64,000 nt of DNA from Octopus sinensis (GCF_006345805.1 NC_043006.1:48422001-48486000); one strand, 5' to 3'; positions 25,236 to 38,428 are shown, counted from the stretch's first letter. Numbers and translations are program-made. The notes: generated by a model not told the origin, from the letters alone.

Positions 25236-26624
25236 TGTATGTATGTTTGTATGTATGTATGTATGTATCAGTTCTCTTGGAGATTATTCTCTCCCCTCAC
25301 TGACATATGTACAGCTATAAATATTGGTAAGGAAAGCAATTCTTTTGAAAGCGTCAAAAGGGAAGAAAAAAATATGGCTTTTCGAAAAAAACACTGCCAG
25401 TGTGTGCATGTGTGTGCTTATGTCTATGAATATACATTAAATTGTATGTGTGTGTGTGTGTGTGTGTCTGCCCCGTGCGCGCGTCTGTATTAAATTTGCT
25501 CGTTTGAAGCATACAGGTTGTCTAACAAGAAACTACGTATTTGTACGCATGTATTATGTAAGTATTATGTATTATTTATGTATATGTGTGCCTGTGTTAA
25601 TTACGTGTGTATGATTACGTGTTTCGTATGTATGAGAGTATGTGTTTGCGTGACCATGTGTGGAGTATATGTCTTTGTGTATCTTTTTAGTTCGAGAATT
25701 TGTGCGTTTGCACTTATTTGTCTTTATGTGTGTGTATGTCAGTGTTTGCGTGTGTGTGCGTGTATGTGTGTGTCTGCTGTTGTCTGAGTGTGTGTGGCTA
25801 TAAATTTACGCTTCTTATTTGAAGTATACAGGTTGTTGTCTTGCGTGAAAAATTATCTGGGTTTCTGTAGGTGTATGTGTGTATGTATGTATGTATGTTT
25901 TTGCATGTATATGTTTGTGTAGCAGTGGATGTTCGTTAGATTGATTGATTGTGTGTGTGTGTGGTGTGTGTGTGTGTGTGTCTGTGTGTAAGTACGTGTG
26001 TGAGCGTATTTATAGTAATTTTATTTGTTTGAAGTCTACAGGTTATCAGAAAACATGGAACTGTGTGTGTACGTGTGTCTCTGTGTTTATGTGTATGTGT
26101 TTGTGTGTGTGCATATGTGTGTGTGTGCGTCTGTGTGTATATGTATATGTCTTTGTGTGTGTATGTGCGAATGGGTTGAAAAGATTTAGACTCTGTGTAT
26201 GTATTTATAGTTACTTTACTTGTTTTGAAGCATCAGGTTGTCAGTAAACATGGAAGCGCGCGTGTGTGTGTGTGTGTGTGCGCGCCTATGTGTGCATGAG
26301 TGTGTGTATGTTTGTGCGTATGCGTGTGTGTGTGCGTGTATCACTGTGTGTGTGTGCGCGTGTGTGTCCATGAATGTGTGTATGTGTGTGCGTATGGGTG
26401 TTTGTGTGCGTATGTGTATGTGTGCGCGCGCGTGTTGTGCATGACTCCGCGTATGTGTGTGCGTATGCGTGTGTGTGCAAGTGTGTGTGTGTGTGCTTGT
26501 ATATAAAATATCATATGTTGAAGCATAGTGTATGAGTATATGGTTTGTAGGTGTGTATTTGTGTGTGCTTGTTTACGTTTGCGTGTGTGATTCCGATTGT
26601 GTTTATCTTTGTATTATTTTATTT

Positions 26625-26972
26625 ATTCTTTTATTTGTTTCAGTCATTTGACTGCGGCCTTGCTGGAGCACCGCCTTTAGTCGAGCAAATCGACCGGAGG
26701 ACTTATTCTTTGTAAGCCTAGTACTTATTCTATCGGTCACTTTTGCCGAACCGTGAAGTTATGGGGACGTAAACACACCAGCATCGGTTGTCAAGCGATG
26801 TTGGGACGACAAACACAGACACACAAACGTATACACACATGCATATATATATATACAAATGAGGGTGAAAATTTGATATTAATTTAATAATACCATCAAT
26901 TTGACACCAAGTGGCTTAGCACATAAATTATATATATATATATATTATATATATATATATTATATATATATA

Positions 26973-27011
<39 letters not shown>

Positions 27012-27181
27012 CATACATATATGCGACGGGCGTCTTTTCAGTTTCCGTCTACCAAATCCACTGACAAGGCTTTGGTCGGCCCGAGGCTATAGTAGAAGAC
27101 AGTCGTACAAGGTGCCACGCAGTGTGACTGAACCCGGAACCATGTGGTTCGTAAACAAGCTACTTACCACACACCCACTCG
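26625..27181 (-). mobile_element. SINE family A with a short insertion in its internal (TA)n
   Basis: Reverse complement of consensus; extra AT-rich segment at about 26860-26930. Confidence 0.9.
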
Positions 27182-27331
27182 TACGTGTGTGTGCGTGTGT
27201 AAAATACCAACTATTGTAGCAGAGTCTATATGTATTTGTGTGTGTGTGTGTATTTGTGTTTACATCTGTACGTCTGTGCATACGTGAGTACAGTGTATTT
27301 GTGTCTGTGTCTGCGTGTGTGTGTGTTTGTT

Positions 27332-27362
<31 letters not shown>

Positions 27363-27814
27363 AGTTGTGGGAACACACGCATGTGTGCATCTTCTGTATA
27401 AGTACGCAAACATGGCCGAATGTTTTTTTTAAGAAGTTTGCCTTGCAATCATATCCAAGATTCGACCCCACGTACAATGTATTCCCTTGAGCTACACCAT
27501 CGCTTTTATATCTTAGCTTCGGGTTGACCGGACAACTTACAAGGTAAAGTTGATACGCAGAAACTGTAAGGAATCCTGTGTGATGGTTCCTTTATCTAAA
27601 CGGATTAGTCTTGTCACACACATTATGTCACGCTGATTCTACTTAAAAGTTGTTAAAATTAAACGTTTGGTGGAATACCCGACCACTTCGCAACAAAATT
27701 ACATTACGCGCAGAAACATTCGTAGAATACTTAGACTTTTGGTGGATGTTTTCTCTGCCATCCCCTATTGATTAACCTGAAAAGGAAATTTGTTTACAGT
27801 CTGTAGTGATTGAA

Positions 27815-27995
27815 TCTTTCTATATTTAAGAGATGAGGAATTATGTACATTACTTACATTATTTACATTTGACGGATATTTGTCCTTATCTTGTTTGTTG
27901 TTAACACAACGTTTCGGCTGATATACCCTCCAAACTTCATCAGGTGTCTTGGGGAAATTTCGAACCTGGATTCTCATTCCTAAGGCATTTTTCGA

Positions 27996-28034
<39 letters not shown>

Positions 28035-28036
28035 CA
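27815..28036 (-). mobile_element. Family H SINE (head missing), hammerhead at 27903-27948
   Basis: AACACAACGTTTCGGCTGATATACCCTCCAAACTTCATCAGGTGTC; stem II is partly mutated. Confidence 0.8.
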
Positions 28037-28037
28037 T

Positions 28038-28409
28038 AAGTAAGTAGCTTACTTGCAAACTACATGGTTCCGGGTTCAGTCCCACTACGTGACACCTTGG
28101 GCAAGTGTCTTCTACAGTAGTCTCGGGTCAACCAAAGCCATGTTAGTGGATTTGGTAGACGGAAGCTGAAAGAAGCCCGTCGTATGTATATATATATATA
28201 TGTATATGTTTGTGTGTCTGTGTTTGTCCTCCCAACATCGCTTGACAACCGATGCTGGTGTGTTTACGTCCCCATGACTTAGCGGTTCGGCAAAGAGACC
28301 GATAGAATAAGTACTAGTCTTCCAAAGAATCTATCCTGGGATCGATTTGTTCGACTAAAGGCGGTGCTCCAGCTTGGGCGCAGTGAAATGACTGAATCAA
28401 GTAAAAGAG

Positions 28410-28415
<6 letters not shown>
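28038..28415 (+). mobile_element. SINE family A
   Basis: Consensus match. Confidence 0.9.
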
Positions 28416-28445
<30 letters not shown>

Positions 28446-29016
28446 CAAGCAAAAAAAGAAAAAAGAAAAAAGAAAATAGCAAATCATAAGCACATTTACA
28501 ATTTCTTTCTTTTCTATAAATCTTTTTACATTTTTTTTTTAAAGAAATCTGCCCATTATGTTTAATCAAATGTTTTTCTTTTCTTTTATGGATTGAGTAA
28601 ACACATTTCCGGTGGTTTTCGTGTCGACGAACAGGTGTGAGAGTTGTTTGATCTACGGAAATAACTACACATTGAAATATAGTTTAGTTGGCTGAATATT
28701 CCATAGAAACCAGCCATCAGATAGACTCCTTATGTAACACTGAATTTTACATCCGTTCTCATATTTTCTACAAGCAAATCCTCCCCCCACACACACATAC
28801 ACACACGCACACGTTCGCGCGCCCCCATATACATACTCCAGTAAACATTTTAAACGAGCTTCCTTCGTTTTCGACGATGATCATTTTAGTTGTTCATTCA
28901 GCAGTACAAATGATGTATCTGTAAATCTATAATAATCAAGTGTTCTTGGAGCTACCCATTTATTGAGTTACTGTTTAAGTGTATGAGTATTCCACAGAGC
29001 GTTTAATTATATTGTT

Positions 29017-29178
29017 TTCTACTCTAGACACAAGGCCCGAAATTTTGGGGGAGGTGGCCAGTCGACTAGATGAAAGGCAAAGTCGACCTCGGCGGAATTT
29101 GAACTCAGAACGTAGCGGCAGATGAAATATCGCTAAAGTTTTCGCCCTGCATGCTAACGTTTCTGCCAGTTAGCCCCT
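29017..29178 (-). mobile_element. SINE family B
   Basis: GATGAAAGGCAAAGTCGACCTCGGCGGAATTTGAACTCAGAAC. Confidence 0.8.
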
Positions 29179-29612
29179 TTTATTTTATTACAGCTTTTAA
29201 GCAGAAACAATGTGACATGGTGTGTAACAAAACCGACCCTTTGAATCAACGGTTCAATCTGACGGGCTCCGCGTACAGTTTCACTTGCAATTTTGGGTCA
29301 ATCCGAAACTAAGTTATAAAAAGGAGTATTTAGCTTAAGGTGCCACGTAATGGATTCGAATCTAGGACCTCATGATTGCCCAGCAATCTTAACTACTCAG
29401 TTAAACTTGCGTCTATATGCATTATCAAAGCCTCAACACTTTTAATTTTAACTTAACTCTTGAATAGACTCTCTGTAACTTTGTGTATAAAGTTGAGTCT
29501 GACTAGAGGGATATTCTTATATTCTTTGAGGTTCGCATATGCTAGATACTGTACACAAACCAAATAATGATGCAGAATACAAAATAAAATGTGTGTGACA
29601 ATTGTTTTTATT

Positions 29613-29643
<31 letters not shown>

Positions 29644-29646
29644 TCG

Positions 29647-29720
<74 letters not shown>

Positions 29721-29725
29721 AATAA

Positions 29726-30335
29726 GGTGGCGAACTGGCAGAAACGTTAGCACGCCGGGCGAAATGCGTAGCCGTATTTCGTCTGCCATTACGTTCTGAG
29801 TTTAAATTTCGCCGAGGTCGACTTTGCCTTTCATGCTTTCGGGGTCGACAAATTAAGTACCAGTTACGCACTGGGGTCGATGTAATCGACTTAATCCGTT
29901 TGTCTGTCCTTGTTTGTCCTCCCTGTGTTTAGCCCTTTGTGGGTAGTAAAGAAATACGTATTTCGTTTGCCGCTACGTTCTGAGTTCAAATTCCGCCGAG
30001 GTTGACTTTTCCTTTCATCTTTTCGGGGTCGATAAATTAAGCACCTGTAAAACCTTGGGTCGATATAATCGACTATCCCCCTCCTCTAAATTTCAGGCCT
30101 TGTGCCTATAGCACAAAGGATTATTGTTATTATTATTAAGGCAGCGAGTTGGCAGAATCGTTGGCGCGCTGGACGAAATATTTAGCGGTATTTCTCCCGT
30201 CGCTACGTTCTGAGTGCAAATTCTGCTGAGTTCGACTTTGCCTTTCATCCTTTCGGAGTACCATTTATGCACTGGGGTCGGAGTAATCGTCTTATCTCCT
30301 CCCTCCAAATTTCAGGCCTTGTGCTTCCAGTAGAA
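29726..30335 (+). mobile_element. SINE family B, tandem units
   Basis: Head plus two cores (29726-30120) and a further copy (30140-30335). Confidence 0.85.
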
Positions 30336-30338
30336 ATG

Positions 30339-30398
<60 letters not shown>

Positions 30399-30674
30399 GC
30401 TGAGTTCCAACCCGGGCCATAGCAACAAAGTCTATCCGCCACACTTGTTAGTCCATCATCACTGCCTCTAGGTCCAGGATACATTCCAGGACAGTGTCTG
30501 CAATCAAGTGTGCGACAAAACTACATCTTCCAATTACCAGTAGTCACAAGAATTGGATGGATCCGAAGACGTGTCCCAATGTATTTCGCAGTGGAATTGA
30601 TCTCTTGTTACAAAAAGATTTCTTGTATCCGCTATTACACATGGCTTTCATTATCATGTTGAACATAGAGTTCC

Positions 30675-30900
30675 TCATTCCGACCACGGTCGAACATTCC
30701 TGACAACATTCCTCCGCAATTCAAGATTCTCTATCGCTTTTGACATCTCCTCACTGAGATTTGTATCATCTGAGAGTTGATTGATGAATGTTCGAGAAGG
30801 TATTCCTCTTCTGCGTCTCCTCTGAGTTGATTCCCACAACAGTTGATTGTGTCTATTTTCCTGCTCACTTCTCCAGTAATATCCTGCAAATCGTTGTGGG
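30675..30900 (-). mobile_element. RTE/RTE-X LINE ORF C-terminal fragment
   Basis: RFAGYYWRSEQE..QLLWESTQRRRRRGIPSRTFINQLSDDT..AIENLELRR resembles RLRFAGHCWR..LLWEP..G.R.RGRP..TYIDQL..D. Confidence 0.75.
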
Positions 30901-30911
30901 ATTGAACACGC

Positions 30912-31359
30912 GCTAAATGTACCATGTACCAAATATTCCACGTACAAATTGTACCACGTGACAAATGTACCATGTAGCAAACGTACCACGCGGCAAATGT
31001 ACCATGCGGTAAATGTACCAGGGGCCAAATGTAACACGTAACAAACGGACCACGTGCTAAATGTACCATGTGCCAAATGTATCACGTGCCAAATGTACCA
31101 AGCACCAAAGGTACCACGTGCTGAATGTAACACATGCTAAATGCACCACGTACCAAATGTAACACGTACCAAATGTGACACGTACCAAAGGTACCACGTG
31201 CCAAATGTACCACGTACAAAAGGTACCACGTGCTGAATGCAACACATGCTAAATGCACCACGTGCTAAATGCGCCACGTACCAAATGTAACACGAACCAA
31301 ACGTACCACGTACTAAATGTATCACGTGCCAAACGTATCACGTGCCGAATATACCGCGC
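30912..31359. repeat. Minisatellite, 28 x 16 bp, consensus RCCAAATGTACCACGT
   Basis: Counted 28 units in exact 16-bp phase with no indels. Confidence 0.9.
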
Positions 31360-31990
31360 TGTAGAAGTGAAGAAACAGAGAACCATATGATTTAGAAGCT
31401 AAATTCTTAAACACGGCCATTCCTATTTACACGAATGATGCAAAAATAAAACAAAATACTAGTGACGGGGTTTGGGTTTTCTATTCACAAGTATTTGTTT
31501 AATTCGACCGTTTTCTACAAAGTTTCATTTGTAGGAATTTGGTGAACTGGAGGCAGCAGTAGAAAACTCGTGCCCTATATATCACGCAACAGAATCGAAC
31601 AAACGCACAACCAGATTATTGAGAAGCTAAAATGTTATCCACACGGCTATCTCTATTTACACGAAAGGAAGTACTGCATTAGATGTAGTTAGGTGTTTAA
31701 CAATCTCGCCTAACTCCCTCACCGTCATGCATATATTTATTTCTTTTGATTAGGAACAATGGTACTGCTTCTACGTGCATACATTAACACACAAATACGT
31801 TCACAGGCTAGCATCCTACATTTCTTATCAATATATTGATTTTCGAGCTAACGTGGGAGCATCTATGCGGTTGTTCAACCTGCGTGCTAAAAATATCAGT
31901 CAAATCTCTCTCGGCATGCAGATGATTGGTGTTAAAAATGTGAAGGATGTATTTGTTGATGTACGCTAGAATTTCTATTTAGATTACGTT

Positions 31991-32398
31991 AGGAGTAGGA
32001 GTAGCTGTGTGGTAAGTAGCTTGCTTACCAACCACATGGTTCCGGGTTCAGTCCCACTGCGTGGCACTTTGGGTAAGTGTCTTCTACTATAGCCTCGGGC
32101 CGACCAAAGCCTTGTGAGTGGATTTGGTAGACCGAAACTGAAAGAAGTCCGTCATATATATGTATATATATATATGTATGTGTGTGTTTGTGTGTCTGTG
32201 TTTGTCCCCTCAACATCGCTTGACAACCGATGCTGGTGTGTTTACGTACCCGTAACTTAGCGGTTCGGCAAAAAAGAGACCGATAAAATAAGTACTAGGC
32301 TTACAAAGAATAAGTCCTGGGGTCGATTTGATCGACTAAAGGCGGTGCTCCAGCATGGCCACAATCACATGACTGAAACAAGTAAAAGAGTAAAAAGT
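31991..32398 (+). mobile_element. SINE family A, full length
   Basis: Consensus match. Confidence 0.9.
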
Positions 32399-33029
32399 TA
32401 TGGTTGGAAAAAGAAAATTGTCGGGGTGTTCCTCGTTTGAATCCTAGGTCTGTTCGATTTGGGTTAACCTGTGGCTAAAAGTCAAGAATTTCTTTTGCTA
32501 ACCATCACTGTATCATCATCATCATCATCATCATTATCACCACGACACCGACGGCGACCGTCACCACCACCATCACCACTATCACTACTCTCACCACCAC
32601 TACAGCCCTTTCCATTCCTGTCACCATCACAACCACCACCACTATCATACGACTACCAACGCTACTTCCACCAACGACACCAATACCACCAACGCCACCA
32701 ACATTACTACTGATCTTACCATCACTATTGCAAGCGCCATTAATTTTCTCCGACCCCCTCTCCATCCAACACTATCGCCATTATCACGAAAATGCTAAGA
32801 ATAATGTCAAGAAATACGAGTACGTGGTCGCTTGATAAGCAAGAAACAGTAGCTAATTTTACTTCAAATCAAGTTGGAACGATTAAAAAAAACAAATGAA
32901 GGGGCACGTTAGATAAGGTATTACGTCGAAAGAAAACACAGGAGTTAGTCACGGCTGGAACTCCATTGATTATAAACCAAATGTATTAAGGTTGATCTGG
33001 AGAATAAAAGCAACATCAAAAATACCGCT

Positions 33030-33520
33030 TATGTTGGCACAAAACCAGCAATTTTAAAGGAAATCAGAAGTAAGTCGATTATATGACCTCCGTGTACAGC
33101 TGGTACTTATTTTATTGACACCGAAAGGATGAACGGCAAAGCTGACCCCGGCGTTATTTGAACTCAAAATGCAGAGAATCGGAAGAAATGCCGCAATACA
33201 CTGCCGGCATTTTGTATTGGTTCAAAATTTTAGCACGAGGCCTGCAATTTCGAGGAGATACTAAGTTGATTACATCGACCCCAGTGATCGACTGGTATAT
33301 ATTTTTATTAAACACGAAAGGATGAAAAGCAGACTCGACTCCGGCGACATTTGAACTCTCAACGTTAAGCCAGAAGAACTATCGCTAAGCAACTTTTTAC
33401 GGTGCGGTAACGATTCTGCCAGCTCGCCGCCAAAAACACTACTTAGCAGGGCGCATACTTTATTTCTTCTTTATATTAGTTTCAAATTTTGGCACAAAGC
33501 CAGCTATTTCAGGGAGAGGC
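33030..33520 (-). mobile_element. Degenerate tandem SINE family B copies
   Basis: CGAAAGGATGAA..CCGGCG..ATTTGAACTC occurs twice; ends TTCTGCCAGCTCGCCGCC. Confidence 0.7.
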
Positions 33521-33671
33521 TGAGTTTGGTATAAATAACTGTTGCCTCTCCATAAAATTTCTGACCTTCTACCTGTCTTAGAAATTACAGGGCTGTCAGA
33601 TAAGTCCCTTCGTTTTTTGTTTGATTTTTTTCTTTTCACTTATTTTAATTCTTTCCAACTTTATTTGAATT

Positions 33672-33856
33672 CAGTTCTATATTTAAAAGACGAGGAATTA
33701 TGTACATTATTTACATTTCACGTATATTTGCCCTCACTTTGTTTGTTGTTAAACACAACGTTTCGGCTGATATACTCTCCAGCTTTCATCAGGTATCTTG
33801 GGGAAATTTCGAACCTGGCTTCTCACCCCTAAGGTATTTTTCGATGTTGTTATGAA

Positions 33857-33907
<51 letters not shown>

Positions 33908-34014
33908 CATTATTATTATTATTCAGGTCACTGCCTGGAATCGAACACGGGGTTAGTAGCCCACGCTCTTAACCACTATGCCATATGCCAGCGGTCAGAT
34001 GGCGTAGTGGTTAA

Positions 34015-34057
<43 letters not shown>

Positions 34058-34212
34058 AATATCGAAAAATACCTTAAGACTGAGAACCTAGGATCGAAAT
34101 TTCCCCAAGGCACCTGATGAAGACTGGAGGGTATATCAGCCGAAACGTTGTGTTAACAGCAAACAAGATAAGGACAATTATCCGTCAAATGTAAATAATG
34201 TAAATAATGTTA
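33672..34212. mobile_element. Family H SINE head-to-head inverted pair, hammerheads at 33752-33797 (-) and 34109-34154 (+)
   Basis: Left arm is a complete minus-strand copy including the tRNA head (33922-33989). Right arm is a plus-strand copy with a shortened head, ggcac-CTGATGA-AGACTG..CAGCC-GAAA-CG-TT-gtgtt. Confidence 0.85.
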
Positions 34213-35637
34213 ATTTGAATTAACACAAAAATATTTTGATTGTAGTGTCTTATGGGCTTCTTGGTGCTCTATTTTCATTCCACAACTTTTGTTTATCATT
34301 TCTGACAGTTGAATATATTTTACTTCTTTTCAGACATGACGATAGAGTGCCAGATAAATTTTTTTAAAACAAAAAAAAAGAAAAAGAAAATGCGAACAAA
34401 TTTATCTGACAAACTAATAGTATTTAATTACGTTTATTTATGTCCGAATATTATTCGACTTTGGTCAGATTCATTCTACAAGGATTTTTTGAAATAAATA
34501 CCTATAATATCAAAAGATACTGTTCTCGTTGCTTACAGTGATGTAACCGTGTGATATTCTGCTAATATGAGGAGTTATTATTTCCAAGTCGCCAAGAAAG
34601 TTACACAAGTGATTACTAACGTAACAAGCGCCAAAATAAGTAAAACCCAATTAGCGTTTTGAACTCAGAATCAATCAATCCAAACTGGAGGCTTTGCCAC
34701 AGCCAGATGATTCTTCAGTACCAAATATGTATATATGGAGCTGATAAACATCAAGAAAATTTGGTTCTTCACCTGGCCGCCATCTTTATACTTCGTCCTA
34801 GAGTAAAGAGAAACATATGTTAGTTTGTAATGAGAACTTTCTAGAAGTTACCAAATGAGTCAGAGAGACGTATTGAAGACGAATAAAAACTATTATAGAT
34901 TTTTTTTTCTTTCTACGAACTTCTAACTCTGTTCTCAATGCTAATGAAAATCATGTGTATCAACCGAGGCAAGAAGATTTTTTTGTGATTTGACTGTTGG
35001 CTATACTTTTTAAAAATTCATGTAGTCCAGTTGAATGAGTACTAAAGATGTAATTTAAACGTCAGCGGTTCGTATGAGTTAGGTAGCTTACACAAGACAA
35101 ATAAGGATTTGCAATTAAGAGTTACCTATGTGTGATTTATAGTATCCGTCAGGGGAGGTCTTTTAAATAATCCAGATGAGTTAACCAAGAATTTCGAAAT
35201 GTAACTTGGTTAGTAAAATTTTAGGTACGCCTTACGTAAGCTTAGCTAGCAGAGTCGATAGTTGAGTGCACAAGATGAGGCGTTGGAGGTTTTGCATCCA
35301 ATAGTGTGTATAACCAAGATACTCAATTCTCAATTGTCGAATCCACGAAGTTAAATTTTTTTTTTAACACAAGGTGGGACAGTACATCACTGAAAGCCTG
35401 CAATGGTTGCACTGCTAATTCGGTGTGCTTCATCGTTTTGTAATACCAAGTTCAAATCTTCCTTCAGCAAAAGCTACCTACTGTTCGCCACCAACCTATC
35501 AGAGAGGATATTCTTTTTCCATTCAATTAAAGTAAAGACAATCAGAGATAAGGGCCAATCTCGCAAAATACGGACGTGTTAGAAGAGTTTTCAGTATATA
35601 ACTAGCTAAATGATTAGCTATAGACGGTGATTTCAAA

Positions 35638-36248
35638 GGCGGCGAGCTGGCAGAAACGTTAGCACGCCGGGCGAAATGCGTAGCCGTATTTCGTCTGCCG
35701 TTACGTTCTGAGTTCAAATTCCGCCGAGGTCGACTTTGCCTTTCATCCTTTCGGGATCGATTAAATAAGCAGCAGTTACGCACTGGGGTCGATATAATCG
35801 ACTCAATCCGTTTGTGTCTTTGTTTGTCCTCTCTGTGTTTAGCCCCTTGTGTGTAGTAAAGAAATGGGTATTTCGTCTGCCGTTACGTTCTGAGTTCAAA
35901 TTCCGCCGAGGTCGACTTTGCCTTTCATCCTTTCGGGATCGATTAAATAAGCAGCAGTTACGCACTGGGGTCGATATAATCGACTCAATCCGTTTGTGTC
36001 TTTGTTTGTCCTCTCTGTGTTTAGCCCCTTGTGTGTAGTAAAGAAATGGGTATTTCATCTGCCGTTACGTTCTGAGTTCAAATTCCGCCGAGGTCGACTT
36101 TGCCTTTCATCCTTTTAGGGTCGATTAAATGAGTACCAGTTACGCACTGGGGTCGATATAATCGACTCAATCCGTTTGTCTGTCCTTGTTTAGCCCCTTG
36201 TGGGTAGTAAAGAAATAGGTATTTCGTCTGCCTTTATGTTTTGAGTTC
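35638..36248 (+). mobile_element. SINE family B: single head plus a tandem array of 182/182/169-bp cores
   Basis: GTATTTC(G/A)TCTGCC starts at 35686, 35868, 36050 and 36219; units 1 and 2 are essentially identical. Confidence 0.9.
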
Positions 36249-36249
36249 A

Positions 36250-37484
36250 TCTTAAAATTTCAAGCAAATTTATATTAATATGGGGTAGGATCGCCTTTGG
36301 CAGTAATTACAACTTGAATTCTACGAGGTATGGACTCGTACAAAGTTTGAATTCTTTCCAAAGGAATTTTTTATCCATTCTTCAGCTGAAACAATCTCCA
36401 GTTCTTGATGGTGGAGGTTGTCGACTCCTTACTTGATTTTCTAAAATGCACCATAAATGTTTAATGATTTTGTGATCTGGGGTCTGTGGTGGTCAGATAA
36501 GATGTTCAACTTCACTACAAGGTTTCTCGTGCCATTCAGTAACAACTTTAGCTGTTTGAATTGGTGCATTATCTTCCTGAAAGGTTGCGTTTCCCTCCGG
36601 AAACAGTCCGCAAACATAGGATGATTTTGATCAAATAAAATGCTTAAATAGTCTTGATTATTAATTCTGCCATGAAGGGAAACCATCGGGCCGGCGGATT
36701 TCCAAGATATAGATCCCCAAATTATCACAGATGTTTAACAGCTGGAAGAAGGCAGTCTAGATCAAATGCTTCTTATGGCTCTCTCCACACGTATACTCGG
36801 CTGGTGGTCGAAAATAAGGTAAAGGATGACTCGTCCGAGAAAATAACATTCTTCCACTGCTCTAGGGACCAATTTTGTAGGTTTTTACTCCACTCTAAAC
36901 GCTTTGCAACATTCGTTTTTGAAAGTAGTGATTTTCTGATTGCAGCCATCCTGTGAAATCCGGTTTTGTGCAGCTTCTGGTGAACAGTTTTTGTGGAAAG
37001 TGGGTTCTTGAGGTGGTCATTAAGCTCTGTAGTAATTTTGGGTAGCCGTACTTTTGTGATCCTTTCTAACAATTCGCGTAAGTGTCCGACGGTCCCTATC
37101 TGAAATTTTTGATTTTCTTCCGGAGTTTTCTTTCGACGAGAAGGTTTTTCTCTCTATCTCTCTATCTCAAAGGCTGTCATTACTTTCGAGACAGTTCTTG
37201 ATACACCAAACATTTCGGCTGTTTTCATTAGGCAAGCACCTGCCATACGAGCACCAACAATTTGACCTCCTTGAAAGTCCGATAGATCTGTCATTTTAAT
37301 GAATTTTAATTACCTGTTTTCTGATGATATCTGAAAAGAAACAACAATTTTAGAAAATTATATTAAGCAACACTAATAATAAATCAAAAAACATAAAAAT
37401 AAACAAACTATTGGCGGTTTTATAGATATTACAAAATTATGATACTATGATGGTAGGTGTTTCCATTATTTTGTCCAACCCCTG
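36250..37484 (-). mobile_element. Tc1-family transposon, near full length, degraded
   Basis: TIR CAGGGGTTGGACAAAATAATGGAAACACC at 37484. Peptides MTDLSDFQGGQIVGARMAG, AAIRKSLLSKTNVAKRLEW..WKNVIFSDES and MIIWGSISWKSAGP, ending GDPTPY*. Frameshifted; the left TIR is lost at the SINE array. Confidence 0.9.
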
Positions 37485-37492
37485 TGTATATA

Positions 37493-37568
<76 letters not shown>

Positions 37569-37633
37569 GGTCCGGGTTGATTCGGGGTTAACCACAGTAA
37601 ATAAGGTACTCAATACATAGTAGAGTAAAATTA

Positions 37634-37764
37634 ATTTATTATATAGAAGGAGCTTCTACAGGACTAGAACTGTTTCATTCAAGAGAAATCTTCAGGAAGT
37701 TCCTGAAGATTTCTCTTGAATGAAACAGTTCTAGTCCTGTAGAAGCTCCTTCTATATAATAAAT
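37634..37764. repeat. Perfect 65-bp-arm palindrome (1-nt spacer) with a hammerhead-like core; probable inverted PLE terminus
   Basis: ATTTATT..CTTCAGGAA-G-TTCCTGAAG..AATAAAT. The right arm has CTGAAGA-t-TTC-tctt-GAA-t-GAAA. Embedded in (TA)n. Confidence 0.85.
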
Positions 37765-37767
37765 ATA

Positions 37768-37838
<71 letters not shown>

Positions 37839-37874
37839 TAATATATATATATATATATATATGTCTGTATATAT

Positions 37875-38036
37875 ACGACGGGATTCTTTCGGTTTCCGTC
37901 AGCTATATCCACTCACGAGGCTTTGGGTAGCCTGAGGCTATAGCAGAAGACACTTGCCCAATGTGCTACGCAGTGGGACTGAACTGAAAGCCATGCGGTT
38001 CGTAAGCATGCTACCTACCACACAGCCACTCCTGTG

Positions 38037-38040
<4 letters not shown>
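37875..38040 (-). mobile_element. SINE family A, 5' half
   Basis: Reverse complement of the consensus head. Confidence 0.8.
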
Positions 38041-38084
<44 letters not shown>

Positions 38085-38388
38085 GATTTGCTTTTCGCAG
38101 GAAGTAAAGTTTCTTATCGAAGATACGTCTCGCCTTCACCTTCGAAACGTAGAGTAGATGAACCATGGCGACTGAAGAAGGGGTTTTTTTCCTTGTGTTA
38201 TTTGTCCTGTACTCTTTTTTGTTGTTTAAAAAAAATGCCCAGTTCCTTGTGTTTGTGTTTATGTTTTCGTTTCTCATTGTGTTCGACGTTTTTTTTTTGG
38301 TGTCCTGTACCTCATACATGCGTGTATATATACATGTAGAGGTAGGTACGTACATATATATACATATATATGCATAGTTTTATTATTG

Positions 38389-38428
<40 letters not shown>

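Noticed and set aside
30400-30670. Possible LINE 3' end with (AAT)n tail on the minus strand
   Set aside because: No recognisable peptide and no second copy in the window
30912-31359. CRISPR-like periodicity
   Set aside because: Contiguous 16-bp units without unique spacers, no cas genes, eukaryotic context
35638-35700. Hammerhead in the SINE B head (GAAACGTTAGC, GGGCGAAATGCGTAGCC)
   Set aside because: No CUGANGA-like box in the correct position; better explained as a tRNA-like head with an extended hairpin
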